Assembly (NCBI RefSeq): GCF_009914755.1
Contig: NC_060935.1
Length of the DNA stretch: 64,000 nucleotides
Strand: one strand, 5' to 3'
From: the human T2T-CHM13v2.0 reference genome, Homo sapiens
Part shown: in pieces, positions 44,614-61,989 of the stretch
How positions within the stretch are numbered: position 1 is the first letter of the stretch
Layout: each line of letters begins with the position of its first letter
The notes under the pieces: generated by a model
Seen by the model: the letters and a program-made list of their open reading frames with translations, nothing else
Databases searched by the model: none
What the model was told of the DNA's origin: nothing
Made by a program: the position numbers and the translations under genes

Positions 44614-45746
44614 AGAATTTGGGACATCAAAAGTCTCCCTGGACTCGGAGCACCCAGCCACCTCACTTGTCATGTGGACACCTCTTCTTTACCTTCCATT
44701 CCATGTGAGCTTGGGTGGGGGTAATAATTGAAACAGGAGGGGAAGGAGATACAACTGGAAGTAGAATGTTCCCTAGGGGAAAGGGGTCAAGTTTTCCAAA
44801 AAGTTGATGGAAGGCTTCAAGCCAGTTAATGCCTTAAGAAGGCTCTTTTGAAAGGGGGCCAAATGATGGGATGGGTTTGAGGAGCAAAATTGGCTAATTG
44901 CTTAAAGAATTTATCTTAGATGTCTCGGAAGAGGCATCTGGTGGTTGTTTACACAACAGCCACCCTACCCTTCTGAGTAAGAGTACCCCAGGTTTGTTCA
45001 AGCATCAGTGTGCCCAGCGACAGAGAATAAACCATGATTGGTCTGATTATGGTAGCTCCATTGCTTGTGATTGGCCTATACATGGCAAGAATCCAGTTGT
45101 GTCCAGTGAGAGACATAAGGAGGATTCTGGGAAGGACTTTCCTCCAAAATAAAAGAGATTCATGCAAGAAGTTCCCTTTGCCATTGTCCCTTTTGCTTCC
45201 CATTTTGGATGCTGTCATATGAAGAAGTGATGGTTGGAGCTGCAGCAGCCACCTTGCCACCATAAAGCAACCAGCTCCAAAGCCAAAATGTCAAGGAAGT
45301 TTGAGTAGGAGAATAACAGAACAAGGCAGTATGAGAAACATGACCTGGTCCATTTTCACTCCTCCACTGATGCCTATACAGAGATGGCAGTATCCTACCG
45401 AGAAATGGGGTCCCAGATCCCAGAGTGGTCATGAGCAAAGAAGTTAGGGCAGCTGGAAGTGGTAGGAGAACTATTGTGGCTCCAAGGAATATTGGCAAGC
45501 AGAAAACTTGGAAAGAATGTAAAAAGAAAACCTTTCTTTTCCCAGTGGGAACTGACCTTGAAAGGTGGTAGGGACTGATTATGAGAGTTTGTAAGAAAGC
45601 ACAAAATAAATCTCTACAGTATTGAGCATGGAATGGTCTACCTGCAGAACATGATAAGCTGTGCCACAGAACCTGAGGTGCAGGCATGATCCCCTGATGA
45701 AGACACGATGCCACTAACTATGGGCCTTCGCATCCTATGTGAGCTA

Positions 45747-46169
<423 letters not shown>

Positions 46170-49100
46170 TTAAACAATATCATCTATTTTTCTCCCTGTC
46201 TTGGACCACTACCAATATGCTGCTATTTTATTTATGGAGACACTGAGGTCTAAAAAATTAAATAACTCGGCCAAGGCATACACAGCAGTGAATGACAGAG
46301 CTAAGATGTGAACTAAGACATTTCTGTCTTCTTTACTCACATAACAACTGCCTCTTTGACAATGTCTTTCAACTTACAAGTTAGTCCAAAATCAAAGAAG
46401 TTTGGATCCAACTGGCTCCTGCTGCTCTTCTCAGTCAGGTCACAAGTATCTTTGTCACAGAAGTATTAATAGGCAGTGTTTTAACTGACTTCAGTAACAT
46501 GACTTGAACATAGTGGATTCTCAATGAATGACTTGTGGGTGTAACTCAGGCTAAATTGCAAAAAATTGAGGCACAATAGAAGGACAGAGTAGGGATTTTT
46601 TTTTTTTCTCCAAGTCATGCCCTTCCTTTTGTAATTCAATCATTTCCTGAATACCTACTAAGTGCCATCTACCATAAAGCAGCTCACTGTTAGACGTGGC
46701 ACACATTAGGAAGTGCAGAGCCTCTGGAGCAAGACTGCTTAGGTCTGAAGCTCTGCTTGCCAGTTGCCAGTTGTGTGACCTCCAGCAAGCAAACTCCTTC
46801 ACACTTTGTGCCTCTGTTTCACTGTCAGTATAAATAAATATATTAAATAGAACCTACCCTGTAGGGTTCTTATGAGGAATAACTTGGAAAGTAAATACAT
46901 GTAGTTTGTGTAGACTAGTACCTAGTATGCAGTAAATGTTCTGTAAATGTTATTATTCTGTCTACTTGTAACTCGGCCTTGAGTAAGAGAGTTCCATCTT
47001 CGCGTCCCAGTCCCCTTCTCCAGACTGGAATCCAAAGCCCAGGGTCTATCTCCCCTCTGCTCTCCTTTACCAAGACCCAATTCTTCTTCCTCCCATATCC
47101 CCTCCACAAGGAAATACCATTTTTCCCAAATGCCCTCTTGCTTTTTGCCCCCATTCAGTGCCTATCCCCAAGTCCACCTCAAGGTCCATGTCCCCTAAGA
47201 AGGCTTCTCCCCCTTGGTCACTTCTATCCCTTGTCTTTTGCCTAAGCTCCAACTTGCACACTGTTACCGCCCAGTCTTGCCTGCCTGTTGGCTGGCCTGT
47301 TCTGTGTGGCTGCCAGCACACAGACTTTGTGTCAAAGACTGTGCATCACATCACACAGACTTTCAGCCACGGCATGGAGTGCAAGGGATGGGAATGTATC
47401 TTATGCATTTTTCTGCACCCTCTCCCATATGCATGCATACACACACTATTATACCTGTGTATGTAATCAGTGCTCAGCAAAGCCTGCTGGATGTCTGACT
47501 GCACCATCCATTCACTCACTTCTCTTCTCATTTTCATGGCCCCCACCCAGTCTGAATCACCAAACTCTGCTTCCCTACTGATTTATCTTGCATCAGCCCA
47601 GTATCTATAGACTTAAAATAAGACAAAGGCAAAACAAATCAAGAACTTTCCTTAACAACACGTACCTTCTCAGCTACTGTTTCATTGGTCTGCTTCCTTT
47701 TATAGCTAACCGGCTTGAAAAACTTGTCTATATTCAGCTTTCGGATTTTTTTGACTATGACCCACAGTAGGAAATATATTTTTATAAAGCAGCCCAATGC
47801 ACACATACACTCTCACACAAGCACACACACCCAAACACAGACACCTGCACACACACAGTCACACACAAACACACATATAAAATGGGAACAAATGTTTTAT
47901 GAAACATTACTCATGGAATGCATGCTAAGATTTTTCTGTTCAATTCTATACTATGTTATGCTATTTAATTTTTTTTAAAAAAACTAACCTACATTTTTGT
48001 CCGCCTCCTTTTTTCCTATTAAATTTTTTGGCATTAAGAAATGTTTAAATATGTTAGAGGTCAAAGGGTAGTATAATAAAATTTGTTCTTACTACTTAGA
48101 ATTTACAAATGTTAACTGCCATATTTCCTTCAGGTGAAAACCTGGCAAAATTCAAGTCCTCTGTATGACCTCCACCTCGCTCTATTTCCCTTTCTCCCTC
48201 TTTCCAGGCAAGAATTGGATGTGTATCCTGTGTGCATTCTTCACTTTTAGTAAATCTATGTATATCTACTAGATATATTTTTCCAATTTGAAAATTTTAT
48301 ATTTTACATTTTCGTTAATTTATTTGGAGTAAACGTTTGCATATGATAGGAGCTCAGGATCAGAAGTACACAAGATTTTGAAGAGCCAATTGTCTCAGCA
48401 TCCTTTATTGAATTGTGTGTTTTCTCTCCATTGATCTGAAATGGCTTCTCTATCAAGAGCAAGCTTTCATATATATTTGGTTCTGTTTCTGGTGCATTTT
48501 ATTCCTCAGTTCACTTCCATTTGGCTTTTACATCCATCTCACAAGGAAAAGTGGTCTTGTCAGGGTCCCTGGTGACTTCTACCTAGTAGAGTAGTTTCTA
48601 TTCATTTTCATTGACATTTTAGAAATTTCAGGGGAGTTGGCATCCTGCTTTTTGAAATGTTCTCTCCTCTTTGCTTCTATGAGGACTTACTCTCCTGGCC
48701 TTCTGCCCACATTTAGGGCAGCATCCTTTCCATCACCTTCACTAGTGCCTTCTACTCTATCCAGCCTTGGTACCAGTTCCCCCGCCTCCTCCTCCTCCCT
48801 CTTTTTCCACCCTTCTTTATCTTCAAAAAAAGTATGTAAATAATGCATGAACACATTCCTAAAGTAGATAAATGAAGCAGGGCACAGCTATAAGAGGAAA
48901 CATGAAGCATCTTTTCATCTCTGCCTCCCCCTGTTTCCCCACAGAGGTACTGTAGACAGTTGGAGACATGGGGCACAGAATGGGAGCTGCCCCAAATATC
49001 CATTCGCCCCTTCATCTTCTGTGATCGAACTGCCCAGAAGTGAGCTGACATTTCCCTCCCCTGCAGCTCTGTGTAGTCCTGTGACTGAGTTGTGGCTGAG

Positions 49101-49949
49101 GGTTGAGAAGGGAAATTGGTGTGTGTAACTTCAAGGACATTCCCTCAAAGGAAAGGACACGCTCTTCTCCCTCTCTTTTCTCCTTTCCACTATTGGATGC
49201 CCAGAGCCAGAGCAACCACCTGGAACCATAAAGTAGGAGCTGTGTGTTGAGGGAGAGAGGGGAAGATTAGAAAGGCGTAGACACCGATAATCTTGGAGTC
49301 ACCATTCCATCCCGTACTTGTACACAGGTGATAAATGTGCATGCTTTTGTGAACTATTATCATTTGAGATTTTCTCTCACACTCAAAATTTATCTAACTA
49401 CATGCTAATATATCTTTTCTTTTTCATAAAATGTCCATATGTGATTCTGTGGCTGAATTTTTTTATTACCAAACAGTACATTCCTCCATTTCCCTCACTT
49501 CTCACACTTAATTAATTCCTACCATCTGTTGATTTTACCTTTAACTTCTCAGCCTCTCTGCACCCTCATTGCCACTCCCCCCATCCAAGCTACCATAATT
49601 TATAACTGATGCCAACTGGTCATTCTGCCTCAACTTTTGCCCATAGATAGAACTAGCTCATTCTTCAATTCGTTCTCTACATAGTGTTCAGGATAATTTT
49701 TTAAAAACACAAATCAATTTATATCAATCCGTGCTTAAAACCCTTCTGTACTTTCCTGTCCCATATAGAATGAAATGTAAGTCCTTTATGGGCCCACAAA
49801 CATCCACAGGATTTATTCTGTGTTCATCTCTTTGGATCCATTTTGGTCCAGACTATCACTCTCTTTGACCACATTGTATCGATTTCCTTTCAAGCCTGTT
49901 CCACCTCTTCCTGCCGTTCACAGACTCAGTGATAAGCAGCCTGGAACAC

Positions 49950-50297
49950 CGATATGGTTTGGCTGTTTCCCTACCCAAATCTCACCTTGAATTGCAATAA
50001 TCCCCATGTGTCAAGGGTGGGGCCAGGTGGAGATAATTGAATCATGGGGGCAGTTTCCCCCTTACTAGTCTCGTGGTAGTAAGTCTCACAAGATCTGATG
50101 GTTTTATAAATGGGAGTTCCCCTACCTAAGCTCTCTTGCTGCCATGTAAGATGTGACTTTGCTCCTTCTTTGCCGTCTGCCATGATTGTGAGGCCTCCCC
50201 AGCCACGTGGAACTGTGAGTCAATTAAACCTCTTTCCTTTATAAATTACCCAGTCTTGGGTATATCTTTATTAGCAGCATGAGAACAGACTGATACA
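49950..50297 (+). mobile_element. THE1 (MaLR) solo LTR
   Basis: gatatggtttggctgt...caaatctcaccttgaattg...attaaacctctttcctttataaattacccagt; 5-bp TSD AACAC. Confidence 0.9.
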
Positions 50298-50641
50298 AAC
50301 ACCCTTTCTACAATATGTGCCTCATTGGCTTCTTCAGATATCTGCTAAAATGTCACCTTCTTAAAGAGGCTCCTCTGGCTAGCTTTACATCGTACTTATT
50401 TCCCTCATAGCCCTTCTCACAATTTATAATTATGTATGCACTTGTTAATTTACTTGATTATTTTCTTCTCCTACTGGGCTATAAGCTCCCCAAGAGAAAG
50501 GTGTCTGTTTATTTCAGGAATCACTCTATCCACAGAAACAATCATATATCTAGACACACAGAAAGCATGCAATAAATACTTGCTAAAGGAAACTGCCCTG
50601 AACTAGAGTTAAGAAACCTTGATTCAAATACCATCTTCACT

Positions 50642-50950
50642 GCCGGGTGCAGTGGCTGATGCCTGTAATCCCAACACTTTGGAAGGCCAAGGTGGGCGGT
50701 TCACCCAATGTCGGGAGTTCAAGACCAGCCTGGCCAACATGGTAAAACCCTGTCTCTACCAAAAGTACAAAAAAATAAGCTGGGCATGGTGGTGGGCACC
50801 TGTAATCCCAGCTATTTGGGAGGCTGAGGCAGAAGAATCGCTTGAACCTGGGAGGCAGAGTTTGCAGTGGCCAAGATCGTGCCACTGCACTCCAGCCTGG
50901 ACAATAGAGTGAGACTCTGTCTCCAAAAAAAAAAAAAAAAAAAAAAAAAA
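50642..50950 (+). mobile_element. AluS-type element
   Basis: TSD aa(a/g)tacc(a/g)tcttcac. Confidence 0.95.
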
Positions 50951-52771
50951 GTACCGTCTTCACCACTAACAGGCCGTGCTGTGGTGCTGTGTTAGGAAAA
51001 TCAGTCAACCTATCAGAGCCTATGTGGAACATGCAGATAATAAGACCTACCCTGATTATCCTCATGAGATTATGAAAATCAAGGGTGATGATGCAAGGTA
51101 AAATTTTAATACTCTGAACAAATGTGAAGCAGGGAAATTTACTATTGAAGCAAGGGAAACTTACATGAGAACTTAGCTTACCCAGTTTTAGAGGAACCTG
51201 CTTTCTTAAATATGTGTAAGTGGAATGGGCTTCTGTAAAATAGTCTGTCCAAGGCCTTATCAATCATAACTACTTATCCCTGGTCACATCCCCTGTAGCT
51301 ATAGCTTTAAAGGAAGCATTTTCTTGGAATATAAACCTTGGCACTGCTTATGTCATCAAACCCAGGAAATGGGTCCTTTTGACTTGAGAATGAAGAGTTT
51401 AGTGGCAGCTGCTAGTTGAAATAAAACTTTTTGCTCAGAACAATCAAATTCAGCTCTTTTGCCCCTTTACCTACTTTGCTTAGTTTGCTAGTGATTGCTT
51501 CGATGTAGTATTTACAGAAAAGTTTAGTAAAATGTAGGGGATGGCCTGTCCTTTCACACTGGGATGGCTGTGTGGTATAAATAATCCTCTTTTAATCACA
51601 GTCTAAACATGGTTCTAAAACAAGATGTTTGTGCCAAAAGGAATTCCAAGAGGCATTACCCTGATGGTTGAGGGGTGTGGGGGAGCAGGGGTGAGTGAGT
51701 TAAATAATAGAATCTTCAGCCCCCCTGAGCTTGAGCCAGCTGGAGGTGGGGTACACTTTTGTTGCTTTGGATTACCAAAGAATGAATTGAAACTTCACTT
51801 TTTCTTTTATTAAACACCTTATTCTAATAGTATTTTTGCCATTTACATGATAAAGAATGTGGTCTCATTTTGGTCTTAGCAACCTCTACGCAAACACATT
51901 TGGACTCTTTTTACATAAACTTTGTATTTGGGGATAATTGTAGATTTACATAAAAGCTGCAAAGACAGTTCAGAGTGTTCCTGTATACCCATCACCCAAC
52001 TTCTCTAATATTAACATCTTACGTTAGTATGGTACCTCTGTCATCATTGATGAACCAATATTGATGCATCATTATTCACAGAAGTCATTTCTTTATTGAG
52101 ATTGTTCTAGTTTTTGCCTAATGCTCTAATGTCCTTCTTTCTGTTCTAGGATCTGGATAGGATACTACTTTGCATTAGATTGGGCTTCTTTTTGCATTGG
52201 CATCAAAAAGTCATATTTTTTTCTTTTAAAGTAAAACTATCATGTTAAAATTAAGGAAATGTTTTTCTTTTTGGAGGGTGTAAAGTTACAAACTTATTTA
52301 CATTTCTGCCAGGTATATAGTCAATTAATACTGGTTGTCTTTTCAAATTTGGATTGTGCAACTCCAGCTAAAGTTACTTCTTAAAGGAGAGAGAGTAAAT
52401 ATCTACCAAAAGGACCCCTTGTAGGGGCTGAAGTTGGTGGGGAGAAGTGGTAGAGATTTGAATTCTACAGTGTCTCTGCCCTTAGTGGAAAGAATGTAGT
52501 CGAATCTCACCTCTGCTGTCTGGTTAATTGAGGGAAAGTTACTTAGCCTCAGTTTCCCATTCTGTCACATGCAGATATTGATCCTTTCACGCAGGGCTGA
52601 GGTAAAGGTTAGAAGAAAAGGAAATAAAAGCATTAGCATTATACCCAGAACACTATGGTGCGTTAAGTGCCATTATTTTTATTCATTTATACTTAAGTAA
52701 GGGAAAGAAGCATTTTAGAAATGTTTTACTTGTTGCAGTTTATTGCCTCTGAGTGAAAACGTCTCCTACAA

Positions 52772-53293
52772 CAGTGGTCTCCAACCTTTTTGGCACCAGG
52801 GACTGGTTTTGTGGAAGACAATTTTTCCATGGACGGGGGGTGAAGGATGGTTTCAGGATGATTCAAATACATTATATGTATTGTGCATTTCATTTCTATT
52901 ATTACATTGTAATATATAATACAATAATTATACAACTCCCCATAATGTAGAATCAGTGGGAGCCCTGAGCTTGTTTTCTGGCAGCTAGATGGTCCCATCT
53001 GGGGGTGATGGGAGGTAGTGACAGACCATCAGGCATTAGATTCTCATAAGGAGCACGCAACCTAGGTCCCTCGCATGTGTAGTTCACAATAGAGTTCGTG
53101 CTCCTATGAAAATCTAATGTCGACACTGATCTTACAGGAGGTGGAGCTCAGGAGGTAATGCGAACAATGGGGAGTGGATGTAAATACAGATGAAGCTTCA
53201 CTCATTTGCCCATGCTCACCTCCTGCAGTGCAGCCTGGTTCCTAATAGGCCACAGACCAGTACCAGTTCATGGCCCGGGGGTTAGGGACCCCT
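52772..53293. mobile_element. MER1A (hAT-Charlie non-autonomous element)
   Basis: cagtggtctccaacctttttggcaccagggac ... ggttagggacccct, ~520 bp. Confidence 0.85.
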
Positions 53294-54025
53294 TTCCACT
53301 CAACATCATTGTCCACAAAACACACGCCAGCAATATTCTTCTCTCTGCTCTTTCTTATGTCTTTCTTGAAACAATATGGTTTATGGTTTCCCCATCTTAC
53401 CCTATAAAAATTATACCATTCTTCAGGGCTATAGGCAAAGTTCACCACAAAGCCTTCCTTGATGCCTTCAGTGCTGGTGAGAGGGGAAGGGTTTTGGAGT
53501 CAGGGATAACCAAAAAGATCTCTGAACCTGTTTACTCATCTGTAAAATGGAATTTAAAATAGTCATCATGTGGAATAAAGAAAATAATGTATGTAAAATG
53601 CGAATTACTGCATCTAGCATATAGTATGTTCCTCCAATAATAATAATAGCTAATGTTTTAGATAGTAGCAATGAGAAATGGAAAGAAGCAGAAAACCTGT
53701 TCAGGGCATACATGCAGTGGCAGGTCTTAGCAGTTGATTCATTGTTTTGTGTGGAGGAAAAAGGGGGGAGTCAGGAATGGCACTGGGTCTCTAAATTTTT
53801 GAGCAAGAGAAATAAAGGCATTCATAAAGTTAGGGGCAAGAGTCATTTTTGCTTTATATGAATGTGTTGTTGCAACTAGAGGACATGGCACTTGACACTG
53901 ATCATATGGAATTTAACAAGTCATGGGGACACTGCAGGGCCGATGTCCAGAGACTGTTGACCATCTGGGTCTGGAGATGAGAATGTTAGCAGTGGAATGT
54001 ATTTGAGTCACCCGGCACCAAAGTG

Positions 54026-54730
54026 TGTTAGTGGTGGTGAATTTGTAGGGGTCTGCAGCAACCTCAATTCTTGCCTCCTCAGAAAAAAGAATTCAACTGA
54101 GAGCATAAGGCAGTGTGAGAGACTGAGGCAAGTTTTAGAGGAGGAGTGAAAGTTTATTAGAAAGCTTTGGAGCAGGAATGAAAGGAAGGAAAGTACACTT
54201 ACAAGAGGGCCAAGCAGGCAACTTCAAAGATCAAGTGCACTGTTTGACCTTTGGCTTGGGGTTTTATATGTTGGCATAATTCCAATGTCTTGCATCCCTT
54301 CTCCCCTGATTCTTCCCTTGGGGTGGGCTATCCCCATGTGCAGTGGCTCACCAGCACTTGGGAGGGGCCACGTGCGCAGAGTGTTTACTGGAGTTGTACA
54401 CATGCTCACTTGAGGCGTTCTTCCATTACCATCTAGCATTCCTAGAGGAAGGTCATATACCAGTTAAACCCCGCCATTTTGCCTCTTAATGCACATGCTT
54501 GAGCCAACTCACCCAACTCCTGGGATCTTATAAGAAAGATGCAGATGACCAGTTTTGGGTTTTTTCTGTCTGTTGGGAGACTGCCTTTCCCTGGTGCTGG
54601 CTATGACCAATTATTTTAGAGAGTTTAACAACCACCTGACCATCACCTGATGGTCACCTCACATTCCTGGTGAGGTGTGGGGAGTCCCTCTCCTGCCCTG
54701 CTCATGTCTGACTAGCTACCTACCGTAACA
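54026..54730 (-). mobile_element. ERV1 solo LTR (MER50-like)
   Basis: TG...CA ends; gggtctgcagcaacctcaattcttgcctcctcag ... ctagctacctaccgtaaca. Confidence 0.75.
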
Positions 54731-55637
54731 AGAAGAAAAAACTTTGAGTGGCAGATTGGGGTTCTGCATCATACAGGTGCTAATTGAAACTGAAGAAGAG
54801 AGGAGCAGATCACCCAGGTAGTTTGTAGAGAAAGAAGGAGCAAGGGCTAAGGATAGAACCTTGAGGTACACTAACATTTAAGAGAAAGACAGAGATTGAG
54901 GAGTCCAAGGATGAGGCTTAGACACCTTGAGGTATATTTCAGGTGAGGGATATTTAACGCTGTTGAGAAGTTGCCAGTGAGAAAGACAGGCTGAACGTGG
55001 GTAGAGAAGAGGTTGTAGAAAGGAAGACTTGCAAGAAGGGAGAGTGACATGAAGACCTGTGAAAGGCACAGGTGTGGTTGCAGTTGAATTTTTAGGTGGG
55101 GTGGTAGGAACTTGGCCTCATAGATTTCTCCCATCTCTCACCACAGTAAAGTAGTTTATATGTGTAGAGAAGTGGTTCTCAAAGTGGGGTGTGAGGATCC
55201 CTGCAAGTCCCCAAGACCCTTCTGCAATTGTGTGGTGGAGTTTTCCAGAGGCTACATGTGTGATGATGTCCCCATCTCCCCCTCTGATGGCTGCAAATGG
55301 AATGTTTGCTTGTATTTTCTTGTGCTTCCTAGAATTTTCTAAGCAAGTAGATGTAGATTTATGTGCATTTCTCGGGATTAACTCCATTTTTTTCTTCAGC
55401 ACTTCTACTGTGCTCTTATCTGCTCTCTTGTTATACCTGCTACAACACCTGTAACCCTGTTATTCAACCAATTGTTATTTTGAAATTCCCAAGTTTCCTT
55501 TGAGTCTATGCAGAAACACAAGAAGTGCACTTTGTTGTCTTGTTTAGCAATAATATAGTATTTTAAAAATCTTTGAAAATGTTCTACACTTCAAGATTTT
55601 ACCAAACACTGCTATAATTTTAGAATTTTATATTTTA

Positions 55638-56335
<698 letters not shown>

Positions 56336-56387
56336 TATCTTTCTCATATTTAAGGATGAATTGTTGGCTTTTAGAAAGGAGATTAGC

Positions 56388-56690
<303 letters not shown>

Positions 56691-57073
56691 AAATTAGCAG
56701 ACTCATTTTCTCTCAGTCCACAGCTGCACTGTATACTTCTCAAAATGCTAAGAAAAATTGAAGATGACATATCAAAGCTTCTCTGAGCCATGGAAGGGAG
56801 AAATATACACACACAAAAATCTGAATGTAACTAATTAAGAAAGAAATTATGTCAAAAGTTACCTTTTCCCTCAGCTTTATTGATGCTAATAATTTATCTT
56901 TATTGTTTTACACAAGAGACCATTCTTAGAAATTGTTATTCTTCCAATTAAGTTTTACTATCCTTTTGAGGGCAGCCATTGGAATTTAAACAAAGGAATC
57001 GAAGTGAACTTTTAAAACATTGACATGACGCACTGTTTAAAAACTGAAACACTGTTTGTTACACCTTTTCTCA

Positions 57074-57394
57074 CCTGGGCGCAGTGGCTCATGCCTGTAA
57101 TTCCAGCACTTTGGGAGGCCAAGGCAAGTGGATTGCCTGAGGTCAGGAGTTTGAGACCAGCCTGATCCACATGGTGAAACCCCATCTCTACTAAAAATAC
57201 AAAATTAGCCGGAAGTGATGGTGCATGCCTGTAATCCAGCTACTTGGGAGGCTGAGGCAGGAGAATTGCTTGAACTCAGGGGCGGAGGTTGCAGTGTGCC
57301 AAGATCTGCCATTGCACTCCACCCTGGGACATCAGAGTAAAACTCTGTCTCAAAAAAAAAAATAAAATAAAAATAAATAAATAAATAAATAAAA
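57074..57394 (+). mobile_element. AluS-type element
   Basis: About 20-bp TSD ctgtttgttacac(c/a)ttttct. Confidence 0.95.
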
Positions 57395-58107
57395 CCTGTT
57401 TGTTACACATTTTCTAACTAGAAACGAAAAGGTCACTAAAGCATCTTACAAAATAAGTTATTATTTGCATTGGCTAGGAAAGTGCACTCAATAGGTAAAA
57501 GACTAATAAAGCCCTGTACAGTTACATTCATTAATTAACACCTACTGGATAGTCAGCTAATGAAATTATGACAATGCCATTTTCCAGTGGTATAACAGCT
57601 CGAAAAAGACTGAGTTAATAAATCACCTGAAAAATTGTACTTTTGCTTTGAAAATGGCCAAATATACAGAAGTACCTGGACCTTTTATTCTGATTGTATT
57701 CATTTAGTACTTGCACCAACTAATTAACAAAGAGCTTCTTTTATACGAATGCCTAACAACAATACAAGTGTTGCTGAAATATTTAAAGTATTGAATGCCT
57801 TTTTAAAGGCTTTTTGTGGAACAACTGTGATGAGATTTTTGTGGATAGTGTAAAACCAGTGGTCAATAAAGCTGCTAGCCTACCTTAAAAGAAATCAAGG
57901 GAGTAGCACCAACCCACGCTAGTGGTCATTACATTCTCTATGATTCCCCAGTCATCCCAACACCCAGCCAGTTTCACTTATGAATGTGCTTGATAAAGCA
58001 GGAAAGTTTATTAGTGTTATTAAATCTCAACCCTAGAGTATATAATACTCAACCCTTTCAATATTCTATATAATGAAATGAGAAGTATGCATAAAATATT
58101 TCTGCTA

Positions 58108-58525
<418 letters not shown>

Positions 58526-59174
58526 TCACTTGAAAATATGACTGACAGACAAACCATGCTCAGAGTTGGATATCTCACAGATATTTTCTCAAAAATAAAT
58601 AAAGTAAACCTATCCATTGAAAAAACAACTGATAGCATTTTTCTCAATAGTAAAATTAGAGCTTTTAAATAAAAATTTGAGTCTTGGAAGCTTGTATCTG
58701 CTACTATAAGCTTGACAGCTTCTCAATACTTACTTTGATGATGAGATGGGTGGTGATATTAACAAATGTGATGTTTGATGATGTGTGAAAAGGGTTAATA
58801 TTTGGAATATCTGCATGAGTCAATGAACCCAATATTTTCCATATGACCAATGCATCATGTTACAAAATCATACATGGGTAAAATACCCATTCTAAGTGGA
58901 AGACAGACCAATGGATCTTCATGTAAAGGAGTTGAAAAGTTCATTAATAAGATTTTAGATTACATATTGCAGCTAACCATTAAATAACTACCACTTGTCA
59001 AGTCTTGTTGTTCTAAGAACAACCCCAATTATGTAAAAAGACTATACAAATACTCCTCCTTTTTCAGTTGCATATCTATATAAAGCCGAATTTTCTTCAT
59101 ATCGCAACAAATGACAGAAACATATAAGAGAATCCAGCTGTTTTCTATAAAGTCAATCATCAAAGAGATTTGTG

Positions 59175-59468
59175 GCCAGATGCTATGGCACATGTCTGTA
59201 CTCCCAGCACTTCGGGAGGCCGAGGCAAGTGGATTACTTGAGTCCGGGAGCTCCAGACCAGCCTGGGCAACATGTCAAAACTCCGTTTCTACAAAAAATA
59301 CAAAAATTAGCCCAGCATAGTGGCACGTGCCTATAGACCCAGCTTGGGAGGGTGAGGTGGGAGGATTGCCGGAGCCTGGGAATGTTGAGGCTACAATGAA
59401 CTGAGATTGTGCCACTGTACTCCAGCCTGGGAAACAGAGTGTGACACTGTCTTAAAAAAAAAAAAAAG
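59175..59468 (+). mobile_element. AluJ
   Basis: Diverged Alu, TSD aaagatttg-like. Confidence 0.9.
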
Positions 59469-59499
59469 ATTTGCAGAAAGGTACGACAGTGCCACTCTT

Positions 59500-59836
59500 C
59501 TTTTTTTTGAGATGGAGTCTTGCTCTGTCACCCAGACTGGAGTGCAATGACACAGTCTAGGCTCACTGCAACGACACAGTCTAGGCTCACTGCAACCTCT
59601 GCCTCCTGGGTTCAAGCGTTTCTCCTGCCTCAGCCTTGCGAGTAGCTGGGACTTACAGGTGTGTGCCACCACACCCGGCTAATTTTTGTATTTTTTAGTA
59701 GAGATGGGGTTTCACCATGTTGGTCAGGGATTTGAGAATAGCCTTGTGTGTGATCCATCTGCCTTAGCCAGATGTGATCCATCTGCCTTGGCCTCCCAAA
59801 GTGCTGGGATTACAGGCGTGAGTCACCGTGCCCGGC
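59500..59836 (-). mobile_element. AluS with internal rearrangements
   Basis: Antisense Alu with two internal duplications. Confidence 0.9.
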
Positions 59837-60816
59837 TCTACTCTTCTAACTTTTTTTGTTTTATAATATATTTGTCATAAAATGTGATATTTTATTGATA
59901 TTTAGTGGATTTGTTTTAATTAGTAAAATATTTAAAATTTATCTCAATCTTAATTTCTTGTACAATAAATATCAATAGACAAAACCTATAAAAACAAAAA
60001 AATCTTAAGACTTCAATAATTTTTAAGAATATAAAGGAGTTTTAACACTAAAGTTTGAGAATCACAGGTTTAGACCATAGGAAGGAGATCTCGTGGTGGG
60101 GTAGGACATTTAGAAGCATAAGAAAGGTTTTAATAACCATTGATAATTTATTTTTTTCACATAACTGCACAACATTAAAAGACATAAAGCTCTATTAGAG
60201 AGTTCCCACTGGTTGAGTTTCGGTTAAATGTGTTTTTAATCAGTTTAGTCAAGGGAGTAGGATTGTGATTAATCTGAATTTGAATTCTGACTGGGTGACC
60301 ACAGGAATATCACCAAAACTCCTAGCCTCAATTTTTGCATCTATAACATGCATCTACCTTAGAAGGGTTACTGTGAGGTTAAAACTCATGTAAATTTTGC
60401 TACAGTGTGTTTTGTGGACCAACCACATTAGCAAAGCGGATACCCAGAGCTCTGAATCATGATCTGCATTTCAGTGAGACCCTCAAGCAGTCCTTATGCA
60501 CAGAGTAGTGCTGGTGTAAGGCACCCAGGAGACTGACTGCCTGTCACATTGTAGGCGCTCAATAAATATCTCCTTTTTTTTTCTTTTACTATTTATTTCT
60601 TATTCTTTAGCTTATACATGTAACTATTTCAGTCTTTTTGGACTAAAGTTATTGGTTTGATTTTTAAAAATACATCTGACCTGTTAATTTACTCCCTTTT
60701 TCTTATCAGCCAAAGTAATCTTTACATTCATTTGTAAAGTTTAAAACTTCCAGGCCTGCAGTCTAGATTCTAGAGTGTCTCTTTTCTCCTTTTTCATTAA
60801 AAAAAAAAAAAATTTA

Positions 60817-61255
<439 letters not shown>

Positions 61256-61465
61256 TCATTTATTCACTCAACACATATCAAATAACCAATATATGTATGG
61301 GATTGTGAATGACATTAGGGGAACAGTGTGAAATGAACATGATCCTCACCCTTGTGATGAAAGAAACACTAAAGGAATGAACCAAAATACAGCATTTGTA
61401 GTTCTCAGTAACACTTTGTGAATATGTAAATAATATATGCTTTTTAAAAAAAATCTCGAGTATTG

Positions 61466-61809
<344 letters not shown>

Positions 61810-61989
61810 TCAAGTTTTTTCCTTTTCTACATTTTATTGATTTTAAAAAGCACTTGATGTATATCTTAAGTGCTTTGACTTCTACATTGTCTTATTGCTT
61901 ATTTCACATTTTTCACTTGCCTGCCATAACTTTGATGGTTGCTAGATTTTTAATCCTTCTAGCATGTGAGTTATTTTTCCAATAAAACA

